Positions 44,421 through 62,259 of a DNA stretch of 64,000 bases are shown here, piece by piece. Positions within the stretch are counted from its first letter, which is position 1, and each line of letters opens with the position of its first letter. This stretch comes from the human T2T-CHM13v2.0 reference genome, Homo sapiens, in assembly GCF_009914755.1 (NCBI RefSeq), contig NC_060936.1; one strand, 5' to 3'. The position numbers were made by a program, and so were the translations under genes. Below the pieces are notes generated by a model. The model searched no databases, had not been told where the DNA came from, and was given only the letters and a program-made list of their open reading frames with translations.

Positions 44421-46487
44421 TCAGAACTGTGGCATGTAAAACATAATTCAGAGTTGAATAGCAGGAGCCGCTGTCCTCCCTTCCGCTGAAGGCAGGAGGG
44501 AAGCTTGTCAGAGTCCAGACAGTTCTGGTCTATTAGCAGCAGCCTAATTTTTGCCATCTCTGAAGGCAACACAAATTACAAAGCATTCGCTACTGTTGTA
44601 CCAGTCAACTAATTCAATTGTCAGAACATTTCAAACCCCATAATTTGGATGGGAAAGAGAGGGAGAGCCTTGCTCTTATGAATTGACTGTTGGACTATTC
44701 CATGTCACAGCTTGCTTGGGGGTGAGAATAAGAAAATATTCTCTATCAGGAAATTAACATTTGTAAGTACCCTGGAAAGCTAAATAATAAGCATAATGGT
44801 TTAGAATGAAAGTAACCAAAGCGGTTCATTATTAACATTGCAAGTAAACACTTTAATTTGTGGCTTTGCTACACACATGGATTGTTGGGTCAACTGTTAG
44901 AGTATTTTCACTCATCTTTCAAACTACACATAATTCAGTCCTCTTTGCCAGTGTTTTTACCTAAACCCTCTGTGAATGACACTTTCTAGTTTCATGATAT
45001 AACTAGTCCTTAGATTCCAAGGTAATAAAGGCGCCCTTCTACTCAAAAACTTCATGGGCTTATTTCCCTCTTGCAAACTTAAGTATGCTTTAATGAGCCA
45101 TTACACTCATTTGAATTCCAGCTCTGCGAGGGACTAGCTGGATGTGTACGGATCCAAAACCTCATTTCCCTGAGCCCCACTCTCCACCTGAGAAAATGAG
45201 ATTAATGCCACTACTTCAAGTGGTGGTTTTTGACTCAGTAAATTTACTTTAAAAACCATTGAATTATACATTTAAAACAGGTTAGTCTTACAATATATGA
45301 ATCATTCCTCAAGAAAGTTATTAAAATTTTAATTTGAAGAACTGCTCAAGACCAGCCTGAGTAACATAGCAAGACCCCATCTCTAAAGAAAAAAAAAATT
45401 TTAATTGTACTTAAAAGAAGGCCGGGCATGGTGGCTCACACCTGTAATCTCAGCCCTTTAAGAAGCTGAGGCAGGAAGATCACTAGAGGCCAGGAGTTCC
45501 AGACCAGCCTGGGCAACAAAAGAAGACTCCCAACTCTACAAAAAATAAAAATTAATAATGTGATTAAAAGTAAAAATAAAAAGAGGCAGCCATGAACAAT
45601 AAACTATCAGTGAATAAAGCAAGAGAGGACTGTCTGCAGAATAAAGAGTGCAATTGTAAGATAAAGGAAAACGTGCTGTTTGAGCAGAAGAGACCAGGAG
45701 AAGGTCAGAGTAGCTAGATCATGCTTGAGGAGAAAAGATGGGACTTACAAAGAATGTGTTCAGATGCCATGTCCTGTTTAAAATTAAATTCCCCTGACAC
45801 CGCAACACCTCTCTCCTGTCTGGAAAAGTTAATTACCTTTTTTTCTAGGCTGTATTTTAGATATGTTTTTGCTAATGCAGTCATCACACTGCATGGTAAC
45901 TATTTGTTTAAAAGTCTGATCCTCAGTAAACTAAGTTCTTACGGCTCAGGGGCCATGTGTTTTGGCAGCCCTAGTCCATAACTCAGCCCAAGAATGTGAG
46001 ATAAATGAATGAATAATTTTGTTGCTTACTGCAAAAAGGAAAAAGACGGTTTTGAAGAGTCAGTGAAATATACATATGTATATGCAAAACGTGTGTATGT
46101 ATTAGCACAATGCCTTGCACATAGCGATCATTAAGTGATTTTTTTATTATTACTAGTAAAACATGCCAAGAACTGCACTACAGTTCAAGTCAATTTTGAA
46201 GCAAGTCTGGTCTAACAACAACAACAACAAAATGTTCGAACGCATGGAAAATAAGTAGACCTAAATTTAGATGATCCCCTGCCCTATTACTAAGGTTTAA
46301 AGGCCTAGATATGGGCCAGACTTCAAAAAGCCTCACAGAACCATCTACAATTTGAGATCAGAATCCTCCACATTCACTGTTAGCAGCAATTCTACTCTCA
46401 CTAAACCTTGTGCTTGCAGGCTTGTCGCCATTTGAGTAGCAGTTGATGGGCTTTCTGAGGATTCGTTCTTCAAGATTTTGGTCTGAA

Positions 46488-47458
<971 letters not shown>

Positions 47459-48187
47459 AAGGCTTTTATGAATCCCTCAGACTAGGTTAGGAACACCCAC
47501 TACAGTCCCCCAGTAACTGATCCTTCCTTTGCAACCATATACGCCACAATTCATGGTACTGCTTAACTGTCTTCTCAGAGCCTGCAAAGTCTGCAAGATC
47601 AGAGCCATGCAGAGCTTGCTCACCCACAGTGGATTCCTAGCACACAGAAGGAAGTCAATGTTAAAATATGTGTTTGAGGAGTGTCACCACATTACATTTA
47701 GTCTACATGCCAACACCTATGAAACAGCTTCAGTTCTTTCCTTCAGCTTGAAGATATGCACAATTCTAAACTCAGAAAGTTACATATTATCTGCAGTATT
47801 CATATTTTATTCTCCTGATGCTTTGGTGAATGCTGTCTCTCCCACCAGAGCAGTTGATCAAAAGAAGCAAGAGGTGGCAAGCCTCGAAACTAACCAGCTT
47901 GATTTTTGAATCTTTTTTTTAAGCCCCATGTATTTTTCCACAGTGTCTCACCTCAGTTACAAGGGAGGCACGATGCCCGAAATCTTGTCAGAATTAAAAT
48001 TATTAAAGTAGAAAGGCTTTTGGCAAAAGAATTTAAAGTTCCTATTTTGTGTGTATGCTGGGATTTTCAGCCGAAATCACAGCTGGGTGTACTCAGCCAC
48101 TGCCAGGGACAGAGGCTGTGTGTAAGTTTACCAGCAGTTTATCTAGAGCAGAAGCTCTCAATTTTAAACTCCCAACCTTCCATCCCA

Positions 48188-48221
<34 letters not shown>

Positions 48222-48231
48222 ATAAATATAA

Positions 48232-48460
48232 GAGCACAGACTCTGGCGCCAGAATGCCTCATTTAAAATCCCTGCTACATCATTTATTGGCCATGGTATG
48301 TTGGGAAAATTACTTAGCATTCAGCATCTAGCTTCCTCACTTGAAAATGGGAATAAAACAGCACCTATTGCATAGGTTTGTCGCGAGGATTAGATGAGTT
48401 AATTACATGAAAGGCGCTTAGAGTAAGGGCTGAGTAAATATTAGCTATCCTTATTATTAA
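48232..48460 (+). mobile_element. MIR
   Basis: ttcctcacttgaaaatggg...gaggattagatgagttaat...aaatattagcta. Confidence 0.7.
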
Positions 48461-49449
48461 ACACAGCTGGGGCATAGGAATACATGTGGAGGAGAAGGGA
48501 TGTGAAACAGAACAGAGAAGACAGCAAAAGTAATCTGCTGTGTAATGATGAGAATGGAGCACTTTCCACAAATTATCACAGACCTCAGGAAAACCTTTCA
48601 GTGCAGGTTAACCCGTCCAAGCCACATAGCCAGTAAATAGCCGTGCTGGACTTGAACCCAAACAGTTTGTCTCCAGAGATCCCATCCTGAACCACCAAGA
48701 AACACTGTCTCCCATGATCACACTTTCCCCTTTAGGGAAAGGAATTCCTGGGTTATGAAGTGAAGCAAAAGGACGTGAGGAATGAAAAGAAAGAATGGAT
48801 AAACAAGAGAAGGCCAGATTCATCTGTTTTTTCCATTTATAAGAGGTAAAATGACAGGTTTCCCTTTATCATCCCTTCACAGTCATGAAAGAGCCCGCTG
48901 TCTCTGCAGACACTTGGCTTTGATTTCAGTAGGCCAAGTTGAAATCGAAACCACTGTTAAAGAATTCAAAAGATTGACAGATCCTTTTCAACCCAGCAAG
49001 ATCCAAATGTGAAATAGAAATGATGGACATGAAGTACAAAGGGTAAGCAGGAGAACAGTGGATGGGGTCATTAGGGACACCGGAATCTCACCTGTGTTTA
49101 GAGTGGCAAGACTAGCAGAGGTGCTCTAGAGTCAGAAAGACAAAGGATTCAAATCCTAGTTTGGTTCTGTATTACCAGAAAAATGACTTAACCTCTCCAA
49201 GGATCATTTCTTTCATCTGTAAAATGGGGATAAGAACATCTGCCTCTCCATGGATAAACCACTTTGATACAGTTTCCAAGAAACTGGGAGACAGGCACTC
49301 ACGCTGGTAGATGTGTAAACTGGTTCAATCTCTATGGATGCAGTCTGGTAATACTGCTCTTTTTTCAAACTTGACAAACTTATACAGCGCTTAAAATGTG
49401 CCAGGCACTACACCAGGCACTTTACAAATAGTATTTGATTCTTGAGGCA

Positions 49450-49908
49450 CGTTGTAAAAATGGTGGCAATGATTCCCTTCACCGTATCCCTGCATCCCTG
49501 ACCTTGGGGAGTCTCCTCTTACACAGATTCTGAGCTTGACTCTTGCTTTGGTCAATGGAACAGCAGCAAATGTGACACATGCAGAGGCTTGACAAGTGCT
49601 TGAGCTCCGCCCTCCTGGGCTACTCTATGGAACCCTGAGACCACCATGTGAAGTAGCTAGGCTACTGGAGCAGGAGAGATTGCATGCTGTCCCAAATGAG
49701 TCCCCGATGACCAACACAGCTGTCAAGCACCAGATATGTGAGTGAGGTCATCCTAGACTGCCCAGCCTCCAGCAGACCCACAAGCTGACCACAGAAGCAG
49801 AACCAGAAGAGCCACTCAACCAACCCACAGATTTGTGAGCCAAGTAAAACGGTTATTTTTTTAAGCCATGATGATTGGGGGTGATTTGTTGTACAACATA
49901 AACTGAGA
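49450..49908 (+). mobile_element. MLT1H-like MaLR LTR
   Basis: tgtaaaaatggtggcaat...ttgctttggtcaatggaac...ttaagccatgatgattggggg. Confidence 0.6.
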
Positions 49909-50244
49909 GAATCCTCATAACAATCCTATTAGGTAGCTACCATTATTATCCCTATTTTGCAAATAAAGCAACTGAGGCAAAGAGGGGTTAAGTGACTTGC
50001 ACGACATATAAATGGCAGAGCCAAGACTCAACTCCAAGCAATCTGTCTACAGGTCTGTGCTCCTAACTCCTACACTATGTTGCTTTACCTACTAAAAATA
50101 CAAGTATTCACATCACTTGACCCAGAAATTCCACTGCTATTTATCATACAAATACGCTTGCACATATGCAAAATCATGAATATATAAGATTATTCACTGC
50201 ATCATTGTTGATAATAGCAAAATACCAGAAAAAAAATTCTAGTG

Positions 50245-52527
<2,283 letters not shown>

Positions 52528-52561
52528 CATATTCACATTTACAGCTATAAAGAGAACTTGG

Positions 52562-52852
52562 GGCTGGGCGCAGTGGCACCACACCTGTAATCCTAGCACT
52601 TGGAGAGGCCGATATGGGAGGATTCCTTGAGCTAAGGAGAGTTCAAGACCAATCTGGGCAACAGAGTGAGACCCCTATCTCTACAAATAAAAAAAATTAG
52701 CCGGGTGTGATGGCACGTGCCTGTAGTACCAGCTACTCCACAGGCAGAGGTGGAAGGATCACTTGAGCACAGAAAGTTGGGGCTGCAGTGAGGTAGGATT
52801 GCGCCACTGCACTTCAGCCTGGGAAACAGAGCAAGACTCTGTCTCAAAAAAA

Positions 52853-52892
<40 letters not shown>

Positions 52893-52893
52893 T
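52562..52893 (+). mobile_element. AluJ with A and (TA)n tail
   Basis: Dimer. Confidence 0.85.
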
Positions 52894-53675
52894 AAAGAGA
52901 ACTTCATAAATCTATAAATACCAATCTTGTATGAGAGAAAAATGCGTGGTGAAGAAGAGTATACTTATATGCTACCATTTGTGCTTTTAAAAATGAAAAG
53001 CATGAATATATAACTGCTTATATATGCATAGATTATTTCTAGAGGGACAGAAGAGATGAGTTAACAGCAATTGCTTCTAGGAAAGGGAACTAGCTGTCTG
53101 GGCAACAGAATAGGAAGGCTTATTTTCATTGTAAGCTTTTGATAGCTTTTAAATTTTATACTATGTAAATGTATCACCTATTAATTTTTAACTTAAAAGG
53201 TTGTTATGAAAATGAAGGAAGCCAGTAGATGCGTGGCACAAAGAAAATAATCAATAAATAGTAGCTACCAGCCTGGACAACATAGTGAGATCTCATCTCT
53301 ACAGGAAATTAAAAAATGAGGCAGGAGGATCGCTTAAGCCCAGGAAGTAGAGGCTGCAGTGAGCCGTGATGGTGCCACCGTCCTGCCACCTGGGTGACAG
53401 AGCAAAAGTCTGCCTCAAAAAAAAAAAAAAAAAAAAAAAAGTAGCTACCATTATAATTATTCTCCCACAACTGCTTTCTAACTTTTTCTAACACAAATAA
53501 TTTTTTAAAGCAACCAATCCTCTGTAACTCCTGGCTTGCATGGAAAGAGTTCATTTTGGATTCAAAAATAATGAAGGAAATAGGAAGGAGCCATGTGAAG
53601 ACGTGAAAGAAGACCCAACCATGGGGTTCTCTGGTGTTCACAGCCCTGGACAGCATGGTATGCACAACATTAGCC

Positions 53676-54008
53676 GTTTGTCAGAGTCCATTTGGGCTGC
53701 TACAATCAAATCCCATAGACTGGGTGACTTATAAACAACAAAAATGCATTTCTCACAGTTCAGGAGGCTGGAAAGTCCAAGATCACAGCCCCAGCAGATT
53801 CAGCGTCTGGTGAGGGCCCAAGTTCTGGTTCAGAGATAGTGTCTTCTCACATCATGGAAGGGACAAGGAAGCTCTCTGAGGCCTCCTTTATAAGGTTCTG
53901 CCCTTGTAACCTGATCACCTCCCAAAGACCCACCTCTTAATACCATCACCTTGAGGGTTAGGATTTCAACATATGAACTGCGGGGACAACAAACATTCAG
54001 ACCACAGC
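53676..54008 (-). mobile_element. MLT1A/MST-type MaLR LTR
   Basis: agtccatttgggctgcta...ggaaagtccaagatca...aaacattcagaccacagc. Confidence 0.7.
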
Positions 54009-55254
54009 TTCTCTCTTCAGAGCAACCCAAATACTGGGCATCTTCTGTGCTCCTACTCTGTACATTCCCTACACACCTTCTCTTTCATTCAAGGACACCA
54101 AAGGAAAGTAATTACTTTTGATTCTAATAGTGTGTCTGCACACTCTCTCTCTGCAGTTACTGATCTGCCACAGTTGAAGGGCTGCCACATGCATCTGCCA
54201 AACTGCCAAATTATATGCTTCTCCAGAACCAGACAGGGTCTGGGGCAGAAACAAAAAGTTTGTAGGCAACAGAGTGTAATGTCAAGAGCCAGGGCTTTGG
54301 AGTCCAGCAAACCTGGGCACAAATCCTGCTCTATTTTCCTCATAGCACTCATCACTATCTGAAACTACATTATTTGTACCTTTGTTTACTACTTTATTAT
54401 CTGATTTCTCAGTTTGAATGCGGCCTCCAAGAGAACAAGGCTTTTGTATGTCATGTTCCTCACAGTATTCCTAGAGCTCAGAACAGCGCCTGCACATAGT
54501 AGGTGCTTAATACACGTCTTATGGAGGTGGGGGCTGAGTATTTAAAATGCAGATTGCCAAGCTCCAGTTTCAGAGATTCTAACTCATTAGGTTTGAAACA
54601 AAGCCTAGGAATCTGCATTTGCAGCAAGCATCCACCTCTTTCATCCTAAGGCAGGTAGTAGGCAGATCACATGTTAAGATACTCTGGTCAATGCCCTCCA
54701 TCTCCAAATCGTGATTCTCCCTCTAACACGCATTTCTACGGATCCCATCCAGGCTCTTTTCTTTAATTACCCTGAGGCACTGAGGGTAAAAGGAGGTTGC
54801 TGACCCCTGAATTTGGAGTTCAAACAAGTAACCTCACCACGGCCAGTTTCCATTTCTGCTGCATGCCAAACTAGCTGGCCAGCCTGGCTGGAATCCTGTT
54901 CTCCCCAGAAACACCTGAGCAGGTCTGGACTAGCTCCAAAAGTATAAGCCAGGTAAATTTCCGTGTCAGCTCATTGAGAGACTTTCCAGGGGCAGCTGGG
55001 GCCAATTCACATTTGCTCTATACTCCCTCCAAAGACACCCCCTTCAACACACACACACAGAACACTTAATTCTGGTACCACCAGCAAAAAGAGGCCCGAG
55101 TTCCCTTGGGAGCAGCCCAGCCGCTGAGAGGCGGAAATCTCTGAAAGGGCCACTCAGATGACCAAAGCAATAGGCGCCTACGTACCTTACAACAAGCCAA
55201 CCTCAAGTTCCAACCTAGAGAAATGCATGGACTCTGGTGGGAGAGTCTTATTCC

Positions 55255-55305
55255 GTTTTTGTTTTCTTCTTTTGTTTTGTTTTGTTTTGGTTTGGTTTGG
55301 TTTTC
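55255..55305. repeat. (TTTTG)n/(TTTGG)n simple repeat
   Basis: Directly visible. Confidence 0.85.
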
Positions 55306-55719
55306 TTCCATTTCTTCTCAGCCTTGTCTCTTCAGAAAATACCCCTCCACCCCTTCCTTGGCGCGTAAACTGTCTTCAGGGTGGCCTTAGGAGTTCTGGG
55401 ACAATGTGGAGGGTACCCAATAGGATTTCCTTAAGTTTCCTCTACTGCTTTTCCACACATATTAATGCTGAGATCCTGTATTTGATTAAAGCACCTTCCA
55501 TTTCCAAAGTTAAAATACAAACGGGTCTGGTAACTTACAAAGTCGCCAGCATCTTCGTGTCAATTAACTTCCCCAGACAAGTAAGAACGAGCTGCACTAG
55601 GGCCTGCGCTCTCTCCGGGGCTAACAACAAGCAGCACCAGTCCCCCAAGCTGTCCCTGGAGGTGGAAGAGCCACTGCAGCTGAGCCTGTTTATTTTTCGT
55701 TTTTCCACAGGCAGCCTTG

Positions 55720-56800
55720 GCTGGAGGGTGGGGGTGAGCGCGGGCTCCCTGGCACCTGCCGGTAAAGCAGCAGCCGCAGCCCCCGAGGGCGCCCCAGGCC
55801 AGGAGCTGCGCGCCGTCGGCGGGCCGTGCCTGGAGGAGGCTCGCGCCTTCCAAATGCCGGAGTGCAGGCATCCTTCCTCTCCCCAACCCCAGCCCCGGCC
55901 TCGACCTGTCGCCCACCTGGCCCGGACCTGGGGCTGGCTCCGTCTCTGGGGTGTGCGCCAAGGGAGCCCCACCGACGCCCAGCAGAGCTGCCCGGGCTCC
56001 CAAAGAAGGACCGGGGCTTTGGGCAGAATTCTGGCAGCCAGGCGGGCGTCAGGGGAGCCGGAGAAGGGGCTCGCCAGCAGGCGTGGGGCGGAGTGCCGGG
56101 CGCAGCCCACCTCGCAAGCGCGGGCCCAGGGCTCCGACGTGCCAGCGCAGCCCCGAAGAGTGCGGGCCCGGGGTCCCCGCGGCGCCCCTTCCCCTCCTCA
56201 GTCCCCCGGGGGCGACCGCGCTCCCCGCCGAGGTCCGTCCCCGCCGCACCCTCACTATTCCCGCTGGGAGGACCCCGGCGCACGCCCCCGCCCCCGCACC
56301 CCGGGGCGACGGCGCACTCACCCTCCGCATGGTGTCTGGGCCGTCCGGGCGGGGCTCGGCGACTTGGGCGCGAGAAGGGCTGGGCCGGCGGCGACGCTCG
56401 GCCGGCCGGGAGCTCCGCGCTGCCCCCTCCTGCACACGCCTGCGCCGCGGCCGCCAAGCCGGCGGGGGCGGGGCGGGGTAGCGCTGGCCGCGGGGTCCCC
56501 GGGGCTCTCCCGGGCTGCGGCGGAGGCGCGGAGCCGGCCAAGGGCGCACTGAGCTCGCGGAGCTCCGGGGCCCCGGGGCCTTTCTGCCGCCGTCGCAGCG
56601 TCCCCGCCTCCTCGGGCCGCTTCGCCCCTCTCCTCTTCCTCGAGTTCTGGCCCCACCAGGAGCGGAGCGAGTCTCCGATGCCTGCCCCGCGGCCCCCAGA
56701 ACTGAGCTGGAGAAGCTTTGGGGTGAAAGCTGGGCCCACCCTACAGGGACCCCAAGTTTGCGGAGCAAGAGTGGATTGGCGGAGAGCGCAGATGGCAATT
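55720..56800. promoter_or_regulatory. CpG island, probable promoter oriented on the minus strand
   Basis: Very GC- and CpG-dense non-repeat DNA; tandem GC boxes GGGGCGGGGCGGGG at ~56463-56478; CCAAT on minus at 56775-56779. Confidence 0.88.
56322..56330 (-). CDS. Candidate coding part of a first exon (Met-Arg-Arg, phase-0 donor); possible distal first exon of TMCC3
   Basis: Minus strand CCAGACACC ATG CGG AGG|GTGAGT; -3 A Kozak; donor at 56321-56316; no upstream minus-strand ATG until 56840. Confidence 0.5.
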
Positions 56801-56884
56801 CTCACCCGCCTTAAAAGTACCACCTTAAAATTCTCCCCATGGGATGGGAAGGTGGCCCGCTAATGTCCGTTCCTACTCTTCGTT

Positions 56885-57524
<640 letters not shown>

Positions 57525-58862
57525 TGAGAAGGGGGAAAAATGTATTCCCCAGATCATGAAAACGCTGCACACCCTTGAGCTCAGAATGCAGGATCTAAAT
57601 CCGCAAGAACAGGATGGAATGATGTGGGAAGGTCTTCCAGGAAGAAATCTGATTTTATTCTGCTTCGACTGCTGAACAAAGTAAATCAAATAGCACGGAA
57701 CTCAAGGCAGCCTGAATTTTGTGTAGAAAAAAATATCTCTTGTTTGTCAGAGGATCCTTTGAAAAGCATCCAAGGACGCTTGTGTTTCCAAAGCGGCTGT
57801 GACAGGTATGCAGGCAGACAGCAGTGGGAATGCAAAGGCTTGTGCCGGGTAAACACTTCTCATGAGTGTTTCAGCTTTGGCATTGCCTTTATGCCAGTTA
57901 TTCTGGCAGATCACCACTGCCAAAGAAATACCTTTATAATTTTCTAACATTGATTGTCAGCAGCACTATAGAGACCGTAATATTACACGAAGTACCTTAA
58001 TGATCTAATGAATAAAAACATTTTGTCTGGATTTCTCTTTGGTGCCTATCAGCACAGATAGGGGGAGGAGTGACTGATGTGTGAGGGGGAAATGTAAGAA
58101 ACGACAATTAATGACACTTGCTATGTCCCTTTTTTACTTTATCTTATGATCTGTATGCAGTGGGTTTTTTCCTCCCTGGATATATAATCTCTTCTGATTG
58201 AGCTTTTATGTTTTTGCCTTTCTTTGGGAAAATAACAATGTTAGTAAGTGTACTTCTGAGCCATACCTGTCTTATCATTTCAATCCACACAACTCTATGA
58301 AGTACGTACTGGGATATTATGGTTTTTTTAGAGGGAGATACTCGAGCTCAGAGAGGGCAGGTCATTTGCCCGAGATCATACAGCTTGTTAGTGGCACAGC
58401 CTGGATTTCAACTCAGGCAGTCTGACACGAGGACCCTCTCACTTAATGCCCATGCAATACTGCCCTCCTCTGCTTCATAGAAAAGGTGCAACTGTGTAAA
58501 GGTGTTCCTGGAAGTAAAAACGTGAGCTTTTGTCATAGATTAGTCACTTGACATCTCAGAGCCTTAGCTTCCTCATCAGTAAAATGACAACTTGGACTAA
58601 ATAGATGCATTAAAGGCCTAGCCAGAAGTAAAGTTCAAGATTTAGAGTATTACTATGTGAGTATTAGAGTATCAGTATTCTTGCTCAGCATTGTAAGAAA
58701 TCTTAACCTGGAGATACAGTGTTAGCCACTTCATTGGTTTGTGTGATCTCACCACAGCGCCTTGTTTTAACACTACTTGTGCTGCTTTCTACAACATTAC
58801 CTCTTCCTGCTCCTTCTAATTAATACTCTTTGCTTTGCAAATGTGATATCTAATCAATTTAA

Positions 58863-59173
<311 letters not shown>

Positions 59174-59715
59174 CTAATGTTCATTTCTTACTAAACTTGA
59201 ATAAGACTCCTGGTGTGGGGGAGGGGAGTCAGTTTCAGTTAAGTAGTTGTTAGGATGATCTTGAAGTATTAGTTAGCCTGAATCATTTTTAAATTCCCTT
59301 CAGAAACCAAGAATGTTATTCAACTGTACCAAATAAATAACAACACGTCAGTTGCTAATGGAACACGGTCACACTGGCCATCTATGGAAATCCTCATGTT
59401 TCCAATGCTCTCATTAACTACCCTGAAGAATCAATTTAAAAGTAAAACTAGATTGAATCAGATTTCCCCCTTTTTTATTCCAGGGGGAGGGGGAAAGGTC
59501 TTTGTTTCTTTCATATGTTTAAAGAATCTTCAAAATATTTTAATGATAGAGTTGTCTATCTGTTTCATATTATCATATCTCCATTAGCCTTCTAAACTCA
59601 GCCATATTATTTGATTCCTTGAAAACCATCTAATGTTTAAGAACACTATATTTTCCCCTTTTTTCTTAATTGTTTAACTTCTCCACCAGTCACAAACACT
59701 GTTATTCAGCCTTAA

Positions 59716-60026
<311 letters not shown>

Positions 60027-60889
60027 TATTCAGCCCTCTTGATCTGCAGGCTGGATTCATAGGTCTTCATCTTAGTACAGTAGGAAGTATACTGGCATCA
60101 GGAGGTCAAGCTTACTTCTTTCATTACCTATTAAGGTAGATAGGCATTTGTTATAAAATTGAACAAAAAGGAACTAGTTTACAATTTTACATAAATAGTA
60201 AAAGAGAATAATTTCTTCTTTTCGTAGATAAGAAATGTTATCAACTGGCATAATTTCTTACCAGTCTGTCATCCTCCATTTAGAAAACCATTAGTAATTA
60301 AATGTTGTTTTCCTTTACCATGTTCCTAAATATGAATCCTTCATAAGGCATCTATTAAATACCTACTATGGGGCGGTATACATTATTGATTAAATCAATC
60401 CATATTTCCCTGAGAAAGACCAAGAAAAATTTCAAGGAAATATGTATCACAGCTACATGCATTGAGTACTTTATATGTTCCAGGCACTGTGAAAAGCCAT
60501 GTATCAATCTGTTTCATCCTCACAAAACTCTGCAGGATTGTTGTTAGTATCTTCTCCATATGATAGACTATGAAACTAAGATTTATCGAGATGAAACACC
60601 TTGCCAAAGGCTGCATGTTTAATTAGTGACACACTTCTGGCCCAAATCTGACTCCAGAACCCAAGAGATTGACCAGTGATAGGTGGATGTTAATGTATCA
60701 CACAGACTTCTCTCTCCGGAATTTCTTCAAAGTGGTGAAAACGTGAGCCAAGAATTTTATATCCGCTAAAACTGACTTTCAAGTATTTATACTAGAATAA
60801 AGTGACATTAGTTAAGAAAGAATTCTTAAAGGAGATGAGTTCTTAGCTTGAAAAAATATAAGATTTGAATGGGAAGAGTGAAGAATATT

Positions 60890-61085
60890 CTTTTTTCAGC
60901 CTCTCAAGTAGCTGGGACTACAGGTGCATGCTGCCACACCCATCTCTACAATTCTTTTTGTTCGTTTTGTAGAGATGGGGTCTTGCTATGTTGCACAGGT
61001 TGGTCTCAAACTCCTAGCCTCAAGTGATCCCCCAACCTAGCCCTCCCAAAGTGCTGAGATTACGGCATGAGCCACCATGCCCAGC
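60890..61085 (-). mobile_element. Partial Alu
   Basis: Reverse Alu fragment. Confidence 0.8.
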
Positions 61086-61894
61086 AAGAATATTCTTCAA
61101 AGGGTACAGTGGAATGAGCCACAAAGTAGAGGTGGTGAGTCAATAAACCATTCTTAGGGAACCCTGGGATGTGTGACTTTTTAATTTTTATTTTTTATTC
61201 CAATATCACAGTCACTTAAGGATATTCTGGGTCCTTTATTTTGCTGTAGGAGGTCTGCGTGGTTGCTATGCTATTTCTTTTCTTGCCCTTGACAAGGCCT
61301 GTTCAACTTCTCTGAACCACAATTTAGGGGCTTGACATTCTATTGATCTTTTTTTTCTTCTTCTTCTTTTTGTGGCCTGAAGATGCAGGGTAGAGTGGGA
61401 AAGAACTTACCTAGAGCTGTGTGTCGCCTTTATCATAGGAATTTAGTTTCTTCTTTCTTCTAAAGCTCTGTGCCAGAGTTCAGCCCTTAGTGGATATTTA
61501 AAAAGACAAAATTCACCCGGACTTGCACCCCTAGTGCTACTTATATATTTAATTCCATGCTCCTTTTTAGTCTTCGTCCAAATGCATGTCCATCTGCAAT
61601 CTATTTACACAGCTATCTCTCCTACTAGACTCTGAACTCCTTTAAAGAAGGGACTGTCTTAATTCTTACATCTCCATGGCCTACCCCAAAATAGGTGTGC
61701 TTGGTACGTGTTTAATAAACGAATTAGTGATGTTTAAACCATATTATAGTCTGCTGTTTTCCCTTGGTTAATGTTTCCTATATTTTACATAGCCTTAATA
61801 ATTACCTTTATTGGCTGCTCAATATGCACATCTCAGTGATATATTATCATTTAACCTTACCTCATGTTGCCATTTGCATTGTTTCTACTCCTTT

Positions 61895-62130
61895 GATTGA
61901 GCCCGAGAGTTCAAGACCGGCCTGGGAAACATAGTGAACTCCATCTCTATAAAAAATACAAAAATAAGCCAGGTGTGGTGACACGCACCTGTAGTTCCAG
62001 CTACTCAGGAGGCTGAAACAGGAGGGTCACCCGAGCTCGGGGAGGTTGAGACTGCAGTGAGCCGAGATCACGCCACTGCACTCAAGCCTGAGTGATAGAG
62101 CGAGTCCCCATCTCAAAAATAAAATAAAAT
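61895..62130 (+). mobile_element. 5'-truncated AluJ
   Basis: ttgagcccgagagttcaagacc...ccatctcaaaaataaaataaaat. Confidence 0.8.
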
Positions 62131-62259
62131 ACTCCTTTGAAATTCCCTTGAGTTAGTAAGTAGGGATATGACTTCATATTAAGAAGGATTTGGAGGATGA
62201 GAATGTGATTAAATGGTCTAGACGTAGGAAGATAAGTTAGGAGGCTAACCTCAGTCACA

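Noticed and set aside
55158-56863. Long overlapping ORFs (464, 377, 345 and 249 aa) across the CpG island
   Set aside because: Stop-poor GC-rich DNA opens frames on both strands; products are Pro/Arg/Gly/Ala low complexity, run through a simple repeat and have no recognisable domain
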